Positions 54,154 through 63,104 of a stretch of 64,000 nucleotides of DNA are shown here, piece after piece. How positions within the stretch are numbered: position 1 is the first letter of the stretch; every line of letters begins with the position of its first letter. Both the position numbers and the translations under genes were made by a program. The stretch comes from Phormidesmis sp. Its GTDB lineage: Bacteria; Cyanobacteriota; Cyanobacteriia; Leptolyngbyales; Leptolyngbyaceae. The notes under the pieces were generated by a model that did no database searches, was not told the DNA's origin, and was given only the letters and a program-made list of their open reading frames with translations. The DNA lies in contig CBDFJR010000005.1 in NCBI GenBank assembly GCA_965248535.1, positions 1,088,001-1,152,000 of the forward strand. The letters run 5' to 3'.

Positions 54154-54308
54154 AGTTACATCCATTTATCTCTGAGCATATCTATTGATATAAAAGTCTT
54201 AATGTTGCGCTCTAAGGATTGTGATTTGGTTAAGTATCGGTGACTGGCATCGTCCAATGGGCACATCAATGCCCTACCTTGGAGTCTGGCTAGCTTGAAT
54301 TCACGATC

Positions 54309-56285
54309 CTAAGTCAGTTGCCAAACTTTCACCGTGTTGTCAGAACTGCCACTCGCAAACCGTTGTCCGTCGGCACTGATGGCCACCACATTGACCGCGT
54401 TTGTGTGCTCAGTCAGCGTCCCGATTAACTCCCCGGTCGCCAGAACCCAGAGCTTGATGGTTTTATCACTGCTGCCGCTGATCAGCGTTTTACCGTCGGG
54501 GCTGATGGCGATCGAGTTGACCGTCTCAGTGTGACCCAACAAGGTGCGAATCACCTGCCCCGTGTTGGGGTTCCACAGTTTGATAGTTTTGTCTTTGCTG
54601 CTACTGGCTAAAATTTGTCCATCGGGGCTGATGGCGATCGACATGACTGAGTTGAGATGTCCGCTCAACGTTCTCACGAGGTGGCCTGTGTTCAGGTTCC
54701 AGAGTTTAATCTGGTTATCAAGCCCGCCACTGGCCAAAATCTGGCTGTTGGGGCTGATGGCCACCGATCGCACCATTCCCGCTAAGTCAGTAAAGCTTTG
54801 CAGCAGTTCCCAAGTTTTTGTGCGCCACACGCAGACGGTGCGATCTTCGCTGCCACTGGCAAAAAACTGGCCATCGGGGCTGATGGCCACCGAGTTAACA
54901 TCTCGACTGTGACCTGCTAGCGATCGCAGCATCGCCCCATTGGGCAACTGCCAAATTTTAATCGTGTCGTCATCACTGCAACTAATCAGCGTCTTGCCAT
55001 CAGGACTGGTGGCTAAAGAATTGATCGGCTTGCTGTGCCCGATAAGAATTCCTAGCCGCTCTCCGGTCGTCAAATCCCACAGCATGATGCGATCGTCTAA
55101 GCCGCCACTGATCAGCGTTCTGCCGTCTGAACTGAGGGCGATCGACACCACCCAAGACGAGTGCCCACTCAACGTGTGCAAACATCGACGCAGACCAACC
55201 GACGGCGGTAAACCCAGACTTTTGGCAGCAGAGGGATGCCCGATCGACGGCTGAGAAGGTCTTGCCCCAGAGGGTCTACTAAACGCGCTGTTGCCAGACA
55301 CGATCGGCGTTCCAGACGTGGGAGGCTGAGTCACCCCCGCCGCACTTCCCGCCGCAAATGACCTTTGAGGAGACGCAAAGGCTGGCGTAGCCAGCGCCAG
55401 TCGCAAATCGTGCATCGCTTCGTCTGCGGTTTGATAGCGATCGTTGACCAGATCTTTGAGCATTTTATCGAGCATCTGCCCAATGCGATCGCTGACGGCC
55501 GCTCCTCGCTGCGCGATCGTCTCTCGCCACAGCCACCGCCCCGCCAGCGGATCGTAGAGATCTTCAGGTTTGATTTGAGTCAGCAGATAGACACAGGTTG
55601 CCCCCAAACTATAAAAGTCACTCGCGGGGTAAGCTCGACCGTTTCGCAACTGCTCGATCGGCGCATAGCCCTCGGTGCCGATTTTAGTTCCGGGTTGAGT
55701 TGAGGTGCTTTCGGTCAAGAGCTTGGCCACCCCAAAGTCGATTAACACGAGTCTGCCATCGGCCTTACGACGAATGACATTTGAGGGCGTGATATCGCGA
55801 TGAATCACATGATGATCATGCACAAACTTCAAAATCGGCAGCAGCCGCACCAGCACCTCGCGAATTTTCTGTTCACTAAAGGCCCCTTGCCGATGAAGCT
55901 CTTGCGCCAGAGTTGGGCCTTCGATAAATTGCTGGACTAAATAGAGCCGCTGATCGTGTTCAAAATAGGCCAGCAGCGTCGGAATGTGGGGATGCTCACC
56001 CAATTCATGCAGCCGCATCGCCTCTTGTTCAAACAGTTTTATGGCCTTTTCTAACGCTTTGGTGCCCTTCGACTGGGGTGAAAACTGCTTAATTACACAA
56101 TACGTTCTCAGCCGATCTTCATCGACCGCCAGAAATGTTTTGCCAAACCCACCTTGACCCAAGGGCTTTAAAACGCGATAGCGCCCTCGCAGCATCGGCA
56201 CCAGCTTTGCCCCGCAGCTTTGACAAAACTCTGTCCCATCAACATTCTGGGGGCGCTTACATTCAGGATCTAAGCAGTAAGTCAT
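54309..56285 (-). CDS. Ser/Thr protein kinase with 4-Cys prefix and seven WD40 repeats
   Basis: YCLDPEC..FCQSCG, LGQGGFG, HRDITPSN, DFG, repeated GH..SVAISPDG..D.TIKLW. Confidence 0.93.
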   Translation of the reverse strand: MTYCLDPECKRPQNVDGTEFCQSCGAKLVPMLRGRYRVLKPLGQGGFGKTFLAVDEDRLRTYCVIKQFSPQSKGTKALEKAIKLFEQEAMRLHELGEHPHIPTLLAYFEHDQRLYLVQQFIEGPTLAQELHRQGAFSEQKIREVLVRLLPILKFVHDHHVIHRDITPSNVIRRKADGRLVLIDFGVAKLLTESTSTQPGTKIGTEGYAPIEQLRNGRAYPASDFYSLGATCVYLLTQIKPEDLYDPLAGRWLWRETIAQRGAAVSDRIGQMLDKMLKDLVNDRYQTADEAMHDLRLALATPAFASPQRSFAAGSAAGVTQPPTSGTPIVSGNSAFSRPSGARPSQPSIGHPSAAKSLGLPPSVGLRRCLHTLSGHSSWVVSIALSSDGRTLISGGLDDRIMLWDLTTGERLGILIGHSKPINSLATSPDGKTLISCSDDDTIKIWQLPNGAMLRSLAGHSRDVNSVAISPDGQFFASGSEDRTVCVWRTKTWELLQSFTDLAGMVRSVAISPNSQILASGGLDNQIKLWNLNTGHLVRTLSGHLNSVMSIAISPDGQILASSSKDKTIKLWNPNTGQVIRTLLGHTETVNSIAISPDGKTLISGSSDKTIKLWVLATGELIGTLTEHTNAVNVVAISADGQRFASGSSDNTVKVWQLT

Positions 56286-56427
56286 TAATCAGAAGTCACA
56301 GGTAACTGGGCAGTCAGGGGCGAGGCTCCCACGATCGTCACGGGAAGGGACATCATTCTGATCTTACTCCTCAAACGTCCACCAGGTAAGCTGAGAACAA
56401 ATAGCTCATCGTTGAATGCTTTTAATC

Positions 56428-56688
56428 ATGCCTGATTCCATCACGATCGTCGTCAAACTTTTTGCAGCTTATCAAGAAGCCTATGGCGTTTCAGACTTGA
56501 CCTTAGAACTCCCGATCGGGGGGACGGTGGCTGATCTGCGCGATCGGCTGCTCGCAGACCATCCCGAACTTACTCAATGGCGTGACCTGACTCGATTTGG
56601 CGTTAACCTGCACTTTGTCGAGCCTGACACCGTGCTTCAGTCTGGCGACGAAGTGGTGTTTATTCCCCCAGTCAGCGGCGGCCTTTGA
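56428..56688 (+). CDS. moaD: MoaD/ThiS sulfur carrier ending in GG-L
   Basis: VKLFAAYQE, RFGVN, GDEVVFIPPVSGGL. Confidence 0.8.
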   Translation: MPDSITIVVKLFAAYQEAYGVSDLTLELPIGGTVADLRDRLLADHPELTQWRDLTRFGVNLHFVEPDTVLQSGDEVVFIPPVSGGL

Positions 56689-56743
56689 ATCCCGACTTTT
56701 TTTATCGGGATTGTTTGACTCGATTTTTTGCCCATGCTAGTAT
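56688..56743 (+). promoter_or_regulatory. thrC promoter: palindrome AATCCCGA-N9-TCGGGATT next to -35 TTGACT (56715-20), 17-bp spacer, extended -10 TGnTAGTAT (56735-43)
   Basis: Read directly from the sequence. Confidence 0.65.
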
Positions 56744-56799
56744 CAGTTCACATCAGTCACTAAACCGTTAGAACGATTGCACCGAGAGGATTTCACGAT

Positions 56800-58104
56800 A
56801 TGACTCAGGCGACCCAACCCAAAAATCACTCCATCACTGCTGCCTTTGAAGCGCTGAAATGCAAAGAATGCGGCACAGAGTATGAACTGAAGGCAAGCCA
56901 CGTCTGTGAGTTTTGCTTTGGCCCACTCGAAGTGAAATATGACTATGAGTTTTTGCGCCGCACTGTCACTCGTGAAACAATTCAGGCTGGCCCCAACTCG
57001 ATTTGGCGCTATCGTCCGTTTTTGCCTGTTGCCACCAACACCCCGATCGATGTCGGCACAGGCATGACTCCTCTGGTGAAATCTAACCGTTTAGCCCGTC
57101 GCCTAGGTCTCAAAAATCTTTATATCAAGAACGACGCGGTGAATATGCCGACCTTGAGCTTTAAAGATCGGGTGGTCTCTGTTGCTCTAACTCGCGCTCA
57201 AGAGCTAGGATTCACTACGGTTTCGTGTGCTAGCACCGGGAATCTGGCTAACTCGACAGCGGCGATCGCGGCTCATGCAGGTCTCGATTGTTGTGTGTTC
57301 ATCCCGTCTGATCTAGAAGCGGGCAAGGTGATGGGCACCCTGATTTACAATCCCACGGTGATGTCAGTTCACGGCAACTACGATCAAGTGAATCGGCTTT
57401 GCTCTGAGGTCGCCAACACCCACGGCTGGGGCTTTGTCAACATCAACCTGCGTCCTTACTATTCAGAAGGGTCTAAGACCTTAGGCTATGAAGTTGCCGA
57501 ACAGCTAGGATGGCAGTTGCCCGATCACATTGTTGCGCCGTTAGCATCTGGTTCTTTGTTTACCAAGATTTATAAAGGCTTCCAAGAATTCATAGAAGTC
57601 GGGTTAGTCGATGCCAAGCCCGTGCGGTTTAGCGGTGCCCAAGCTGAGGGCTGCTCTCCGATCGCCAAAGCCTTTGAAGAAGGCCGCGACTTTATCTCAC
57701 CTGTGAAGCCCAACACGATCGCTAAATCCATCGCGATCGGCAACCCGGCAGATGGGGTCTATGCGATCGACATCGCCCGCAAAACCAACGGTACGATCAC
57801 GTCAGTCAACGATGCCGAAATCATTGAGGGCATCAAGCTGCTAGCCGAAACTGAAGGTATCTTCACCGAAACCGCAGGCGGCACCACGATCGCCGTTCTC
57901 AAAAAGCTGGTGGAAGCAGGTAAAATCGATCCTGACGAAACCACGGTGGTCTACATCACAGGCAACGGTCTCAAGACTCAAGAAGCGGTGCAAGGCTATG
58001 TGGGCGAACCGTTTACGATCGAGCCAAAACTCGACAGCTTTGAGCGGGCCCTAGAGCGGTCAAAAACCCTCGATCGTCTAGAGTGGCAGCCAGTTCTCGT
58101 CTAA
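56800..58104 (+). CDS. thrC: Threonine synthase (ThrC-like PLP enzyme)
   Basis: N-terminal CxxC..CxxC, PTLSFKDR, CASTGNLA, EGSKT, ETAGG, ITGNGLK. Confidence 0.88.
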   Translation: MTQATQPKNHSITAAFEALKCKECGTEYELKASHVCEFCFGPLEVKYDYEFLRRTVTRETIQAGPNSIWRYRPFLPVATNTPIDVGTGMTPLVKSNRLARRLGLKNLYIKNDAVNMPTLSFKDRVVSVALTRAQELGFTTVSCASTGNLANSTAAIAAHAGLDCCVFIPSDLEAGKVMGTLIYNPTVMSVHGNYDQVNRLCSEVANTHGWGFVNINLRPYYSEGSKTLGYEVAEQLGWQLPDHIVAPLASGSLFTKIYKGFQEFIEVGLVDAKPVRFSGAQAEGCSPIAKAFEEGRDFISPVKPNTIAKSIAIGNPADGVYAIDIARKTNGTITSVNDAEIIEGIKLLAETEGIFTETAGGTTIAVLKKLVEAGKIDPDETTVVYITGNGLKTQEAVQGYVGEPFTIEPKLDSFERALERSKTLDRLEWQPVLV

Positions 58105-58186
58105 AAATGATCAAGGGTGAAGGTCAACTTTAAGACCGCTCATCGTTGATCGCTTGTCATCAATCCCTCATCATTTTTCCTTCATC

Positions 58187-58462
58187 ATGACTGTTAAAGT
58201 TCTCATTCCGACTCCGTTGCAAAAACTCACGAATGATCAAGCAACTGTTGATTGCAGCGGCACCAGCGTTGCAGAGTTGCTAGAATCTCTCGAACAAAAC
58301 TGCCCCGGCATTAAAGCTCGTCTCTGTGATGAGCAGGGACAGTTGCGGCGGTTTGTCAATTTCTATGTCAATAGTGAAGACATTCGCTTTTTAGATGGTG
58401 TCAATACTTCCCTTAGCGATGGCGATGAGGTCAGCATTATTCCGGCGATCGCGGGCGGCTGA
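58187..58462 (+). CDS. MoaD/CysO-type ubiquitin-like sulfur carrier (start ATG 58187)
   Basis: [33 protein letters not shown]. Confidence 0.88.
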   Translation: MTVKVLIPTPLQKLTNDQATVDCSGTSVAELLESLEQNCPGIKARLCDEQGQLRRFVNFYVNSEDIRFLDGVNTSLSDGDEVSIIPAIAGG

Positions 58463-58487
58463 TTTCACGACCCAGCTATAATTCATC

Positions 58488-58523
58488 AAGCCGTTGGTCA
58501 GGAATTCTTGACCAACGGCTTTT
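58488..58523. terminator. Terminator hairpin between convergent genes
   Basis: AAGCCGTTGGTCA..TGACCAACGGCTT followed by TT. Confidence 0.75.
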
Positions 58524-58531
58524 AGTATTTG

Positions 58532-59290
58532 TTAAATGGATTGCGGACTCGCTAAAAAAACCTTGGTTTGATATCTCAAATAGACAATGCCTTCGTCTTC
58601 CCGGCGTTCATAAAGATTGTTGAGGTCAATCATCAGTTGTTCATGAGCCGTTCCATTTTGAGGAACATAGGATCTACTGTTGGCGTTGCCAATCAATCCC
58701 GCTCGATCGAGCGATTGTTGAAAGAAAAAATGACATTCCTGCACATCAGTGAAGTTAGGATTTTCAGGGATAAATTCTGGGCGATCGAGCGCAGGATGTT
58801 GATCAGAGGCTTTCTCCATCAGTTTCCCGTATTCCTGAGTAAAGGGATCGCCTAAATCCCGATTGTTCCAAACGAGTGCTAGCCGTCCCGATGGTTTAAG
58901 AATGCGCCGAAACTCCATCAATGTCGGCTCAGGATCAAACCAGTGAAACGACTGAAAGCACGTCACTAAATCAAGCGAATGATCAGATAACCCCGTCTGC
59001 TCAGCGGTCACCGCTCGATACTCGACGTGAGGATGCGATTCTGCGGCGGCACTCATTGCGGCATTTGGCTCGATCGCCCAGACATTCACCCCTCGATCTG
59101 CTAACAACCGCGCCGAAATGCCCGTTCCTGCGCCAATATCGGCTGCAATTAATTGAGATGGCTCACCCAATCTCGCGAGAATTTTGTCGATCGCTTCCTC
59201 TGGATAGCTGGGGCGATAGTTGGCATAGTCAGAGGCACGATCGCTAAATCGATTCAACGGGTCAAGCTGATGAAGTGGAAGACTAGACAT
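58532..59290 (-). CDS. Class I SAM-dependent methyltransferase
   Basis: YANYRPSYP, ADIGAGTG, AIEPN..M, QSFHWF, ILKPSG. Confidence 0.9.
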   Translation of the reverse strand: MSSLPLHQLDPLNRFSDRASDYANYRPSYPEEAIDKILARLGEPSQLIAADIGAGTGISARLLADRGVNVWAIEPNAAMSAAAESHPHVEYRAVTAEQTGLSDHSLDLVTCFQSFHWFDPEPTLMEFRRILKPSGRLALVWNNRDLGDPFTQEYGKLMEKASDQHPALDRPEFIPENPNFTDVQECHFFFQQSLDRAGLIGNANSRSYVPQNGTAHEQLMIDLNNLYERREDEGIVYLRYQTKVFLASPQSI

Positions 59291-59389
59291 TGTTGATAAA
59301 CAGTAGACTGCTGACTCCAAGGGTACGACACCTGCCTACAAGTTTGTTTAGCGATAAAATACAAGAGCTACTTCTGGCTGGTGCCCGCT

Positions 59390-60199
59390 ATGGTCGATAC
59401 ACTTCTCCTCCAGACCAACGCTGACCCGGACGGCTGGAACCCTCCCATGCCGCCCACCGACTTGATTTTTGACGATGGAGAACCCTTGGAAACCAATCAA
59501 CATCGCGTTGCGATGAATGTGCTGATTCGCTCTTATCAGCAATATCGGGCGGGGCAGACCGACTTTTATGTCGGGGGCAATATGTTTATTTACTACAGCA
59601 GCACTCAGGTTAAAAATCGCGACTTTAGAGGGCCCGATTTCTTTGTTGTGCTAGATGTAGAGGGCAGCCGCGATCGTCAGGGTTGGGTGGTGTGGGAAGA
59701 AGAGGGACGCTATCCCGATGTGATTGTTGAATTGATGTCTCCCAGCACGGCCAAGGTCGATTTGGGTCTTAAAAAGCAGCTCTACGATCGTGTCTTCAAA
59801 ACTCAAGATTATTTTGTTTACAATCCTTTTGACTCAAACTCATTGCAGGGCTGGCATCGCAGCAATTCCTACGAGCCGATCGCGCCCGATCAACGCGGTT
59901 GGCTGTGGTGTGAAACCTTAAGACTCTGGCTAGGAAGCTGGACAGGGACGATCGATCGCGAGACAACAAGCTGGCTAAGGTTTTATGACGCAAATGGCTC
60001 TTTAGTGCTGTTGCCCGAAGAGGTCGCCCAACAACGAGCCGAAGCAGAGACTCAACGGGCTGATGAAGAAGCTCAACGGGCCGATGAAGAAGCTCAACGG
60101 GCTGATGAAGAAGCTCAACGGGCTGATGGAGAACGACTTCGGGCTGAACGTCTGGCGGCTCGGCTGCGAGAATTGGGAGAAGACCCCGATCGGATTTGA
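59390..60199 (+). CDS. Uma2 family endonuclease with coiled-coil repeat tail
   Basis: DGEPLET..H, GPDFFVV, PDVIVELMSPST, RLRELG. Confidence 0.9.
   Translation: MVDTLLLQTNADPDGWNPPMPPTDLIFDDGEPLETNQHRVAMNVLIRSYQQYRAGQTDFYVGGNMFIYYSSTQVKNRDFRGPDFFVVLDVEGSRDRQGWVVWEEEGRYPDVIVELMSPSTAKVDLGLKKQLYDRVFKTQDYFVYNPFDSNSLQGWHRSNSYEPIAPDQRGWLWCETLRLWLGSWTGTIDRETTSWLRFYDANGSLVLLPEEVAQQRAEAETQRADEEAQRADEEAQRADEEAQRADGERLRAERLAARLRELGEDPDRI
60051..60133 (+). repeat. 21-bp tandem repeat, about 4 copies (encodes QRADEEA)
   Basis: CTCAACGGGCTGATGAAGAAG units. Confidence 0.9.
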
Positions 60200-60230
60200 T
60201 GGCTTAACATTGGGAGTCTGATTTGCCAAC

Positions 60231-60257
60231 AAAAAGCCTCTAGCCTAAGCCAGAGGC
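60231..60257 (-). terminator. Rho-independent terminator on the minus strand
   Basis: GCCTCTGGC-TTAG-GCTAGAGGC-TTTTT on the minus strand. Confidence 0.65.
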
Positions 60258-60352
60258 GAATTATCAGGGTGCATCTACGATTCCTGTATCCTCATAGACC
60301 AGCCTGCTTTCCGGGGAAAATCCCAGGGCATCTATAAAATTTTCTTAAAATC

Positions 60353-61186
60353 CTAGAGTGACCGTCTTTGCTGATTGGCCGCTTGTTTGATCGGCTCCAG
60401 CAGATCGAGCGACAAATGCAAGCTGTTGAGAGAGGAATAATCATCGCGTTTAGTGTCAGGGTTTGGCCCGTGATAGTCGCTGCCGCCCGTCATCAGCAAC
60501 TGATAGTCTGCACAAAGCGCCTCAAGGCGGGCAACTTGTCTGAGGGTGTGGCTAGGGTGAAACACTTCAATGCCCATTAGCCCAGCCTCAACGAGAGGTG
60601 GCAAAACCTCTTCGACAGATCCCCCTCTAAACAGGCACGGATGCGCCCATACGGGAACAGCTTTGCACGATCGCAGCAGTTCTATCCCCTCCTCGCTGTC
60701 AAATTTTTCATAGTGAACATAGGCAGGCTTATCATCACCGAGAAAGCGATCGAAGGCCTCTCGCGATGAGCCGACATAGCCTGCCCGCACCATTGCCGAC
60801 GCAATATGAGGACGACCCGGAGCCATGCCCTCTCCGGTTTCTGGCAACTCGACGGGGTAGCCGAGATCCGCTAGTTTTTCAACGATTTTTTGCGATCGCC
60901 GTTTGCGTCCTTCTAATCGCTCATTTAATGGCGCAGACAGCAGATCGCGATCGGGGTAAAAGCCCAAAATGTGGAGAGAGCGATCGTTGCAAACGGTGCT
61001 GAGTTCGAGTCCGGGAACAATTTCGAGGCGATCGATCGCGGCAGCAAAGGCTTCATCCCAGCCGCTCATCGTATCGTGATCGGTGATGGCTAACGCTCGA
61101 ACCTGTTTAGCGATCGCGGCGTTGACCAACTCCGTAGGGGTCAGAGTGCCGTCAGAATAGGTAGTGTGACAGTGAAGTTCTAACAT
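60353..61186 (-). CDS. PHP domain phosphoesterase (TrpH/YciV-like)
   Basis: LHCHTTYSDG, ITDHD, GRPH, WAHP, GGSDYHG. Confidence 0.9.
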   Translation of the reverse strand: MLELHCHTTYSDGTLTPTELVNAAIAKQVRALAITDHDTMSGWDEAFAAAIDRLEIVPGLELSTVCNDRSLHILGFYPDRDLLSAPLNERLEGRKRRSQKIVEKLADLGYPVELPETGEGMAPGRPHIASAMVRAGYVGSSREAFDRFLGDDKPAYVHYEKFDSEEGIELLRSCKAVPVWAHPCLFRGGSVEEVLPPLVEAGLMGIEVFHPSHTLRQVARLEALCADYQLLMTGGSDYHGPNPDTKRDDYSSLNSLHLSLDLLEPIKQAANQQRRSL

Positions 61187-61225
61187 ACTTCATATTACAG
61201 CACTTATTTTTTAGGTTGTGACCCA

Positions 61226-62047
61226 ATGCCTGAAGGCCCAGAAATTAGACAAGCGGCGGACGAGCTAGCCAAAGCTTTGGTCGATCGACCCGTGACGGAG
61301 ATTTTCTTTGCCTTCGATCGGCTCAAGCCATTTGAGGAAACCCTGACCGGAGAGACGATCACCGCCATCAAAACCCGTGGTAAGGCGATGGTAATTTGCT
61401 TTTCGATTCCGCTTTATATCTATAGTCACAATCAGCTTTATGGTCGCTGGTATGTGCGAAATTTGCAGTCTTACCCGACCACAAATCGGCAGTTGAGATT
61501 GGCGATTCACACCGCAAAAAAGTCGGCGCTGCTCTATAGTGCGTCTGACATTCAGGTGTTGGATGAATATGGGCTAGCGACTCACCCATTTCTAAGTCGA
61601 GTCGAGTTGGATGTGTTGGATCAAGCGGTCACAGTTGAAGAGATTAGCGATCGCTGTCTCGATCAGCGATTTCGTCGTCGCCAGTTAACCTCGCTGCTGC
61701 TAGACCAGCATTTTTTAGGTGGATTGGGAAACTATCTTCGCAGTGAGATTTTGTTTGTCGCCAGAGTGCATCCGTCTTTAAGGCCCGTAGACTGCGATAC
61801 TGAACAGATCCAGTCATTGGCGCAAGCGGTATTATTAGTAACGCACCAGTCCTATAGAACCAAGGGCATCACCAATGATTTGCAAATTGTCGCCCAACTC
61901 AAAGAGCAAAACTATAAGCGCAGTGACTATCGACACTATGTTTTTGGTCGTCAAGGGAAACCTTGTTTTTTGTGCGGCACGGCGATCGTTAAAGACATCT
62001 ATGCAGGTCGGCGGCTCTATTTTTGTCCTCAGTGTCAAGCCCTCTAA
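61226..62047 (+). CDS. nei: Endonuclease VIII
   Basis: MPEGPE, RGKA, SHNQLYGRW, LLDQ..GLGNYLRSEIL, C-terminal zinc finger. Confidence 0.93.
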   Translation: MPEGPEIRQAADELAKALVDRPVTEIFFAFDRLKPFEETLTGETITAIKTRGKAMVICFSIPLYIYSHNQLYGRWYVRNLQSYPTTNRQLRLAIHTAKKSALLYSASDIQVLDEYGLATHPFLSRVELDVLDQAVTVEEISDRCLDQRFRRRQLTSLLLDQHFLGGLGNYLRSEILFVARVHPSLRPVDCDTEQIQSLAQAVLLVTHQSYRTKGITNDLQIVAQLKEQNYKRSDYRHYVFGRQGKPCFLCGTAIVKDIYAGRRLYFCPQCQAL

Positions 62048-62068
62048 TCTTTCTCCCAAGCTGAATGT

Positions 62069-62347
62069 ATGCCTTTGATTAACGCGATGCAGAGCCTGTT
62101 CGATCGTCCTCCGATTCCTTTTGACCCCAATCGGCAGTCGCTCAAGAGTTGGGCAAAGTTTTGCCTGCAAGATCGGGGGTTTAAGGTGGTTTATGCTCAA
62201 AATGCCGACTTTGCGATTGAGACCAACACGGGTGAAAAAGCCTATTTTAACGTCAACACCAGCGCTGAGAATTTAGACCTCAAAACAGGATGGATTGTTG
62301 TCGCTGAGTCGGGTCAAACTGCAACCGTGATTGCCCCTCAACCCTAA
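62069..62347 (+). CDS. Hypothetical protein
   Basis: 92-aa ORF co-oriented with nei. Confidence 0.6.
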   Translation: MPLINAMQSLFDRPPIPFDPNRQSLKSWAKFCLQDRGFKVVYAQNADFAIETNTGEKAYFNVNTSAENLDLKTGWIVVAESGQTATVIAPQP

Positions 62348-62934
62348 CTGACCTTAGCTTTGCGAGAGGCTTTGACGATCGTCATATTGGAACTGCGGCG
62401 CGATCGGGCGACTTCGGCCGTGCGTGGCCCTGCCCGATCAGGACTCAATCCGATATTGCCGCCTTTGTTAAAAACCATGAGTCCTTTAACGTCTTGCCAA
62501 AACGGACGATCGGACTGATGTAAATCGAGCAACAACAGCGTCACACTCAGCAGCAAAATGCCAATGCCGATTACAAACAGCGCCAAGGCGATCGTGATCA
62601 ACCCAGCCCCATCCCAAACCGTTCTCAGGGCCAGAGAAAATGTGCTGGCAACAAACACCATAAACGCATAGTGAATCGCGATCGTGCTCTTTTGCGCCAG
62701 TTTGACCTGTTGATGAAGGTGACGAAGCTGCTTTTTGAGCAACAAGAGCCGATCGCCCTGGGAGTCATAGGCAAGATGCAACACTTGACAATATTCTAGG
62801 CTGGTCGTTTGCAGGCGCTGTTCTAAAGCGCTGCGTCTTAGCAGCAAACCCGCCAAAATAAAGGCGCAGGCAACAATCATGAGCACTGAGTTGAGAATTA
62901 GCTGAATCAGTTGGGTGGTTTGCTCGACGCTCAT
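62344..62934 (-). CDS. DUF2721-like membrane protein
   Basis: MSVEQTTQLIQLILNSVLM..; three TM segments. Confidence 0.7.
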   Translation of the reverse strand: MSVEQTTQLIQLILNSVLMIVACAFILAGLLLRRSALEQRLQTTSLEYCQVLHLAYDSQGDRLLLLKKQLRHLHQQVKLAQKSTIAIHYAFMVFVASTFSLALRTVWDGAGLITIALALFVIGIGILLLSVTLLLLDLHQSDRPFWQDVKGLMVFNKGGNIGLSPDRAGPRTAEVARSRRSSNMTIVKASRKAKVS

Positions 62935-62979
62935 GAGAGTTCCTTTAAACCGGATTGGGGTGCTATTAGGATACCATAG

Positions 62980-62999
62980 TTTAGTACAGAAGTACTAAA
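62980..62999. promoter_or_regulatory. Cyanobacterial LexA box AGTAC-AGAA-GTACT
   Basis: Palindrome TTTAGTAC-AGAA-GTACTAAA matching RGTACNNNDGTWCB. Confidence 0.7.
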
Positions 63000-63104
63000 T
63001 TTGACAGACCTAACTGCCCCAGTCTTCACCGTTAAGCCTCAACCCAGATCGTGCCCTGCTTCTAGGAAGCCCCAAAATTCTGCAATTCTGAGGGCTAACC
63101 GTGA

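Noticed and set aside
54309..55200. Regularly spaced repeats such as CATCGGGGCTGATGGC
   Set aside because: WD40 coding repeats at about 126-bp period, not a CRISPR array
60051..60133. Possible mini-CRISPR
   Set aside because: Contiguous in-frame tandem units without spacers; no cas genes
60258..60352. Possible sRNA or micro-ORF between the PHP gene stop and its terminator
   Set aside because: No independent promoter or recognisable motif; likely a 3' UTR
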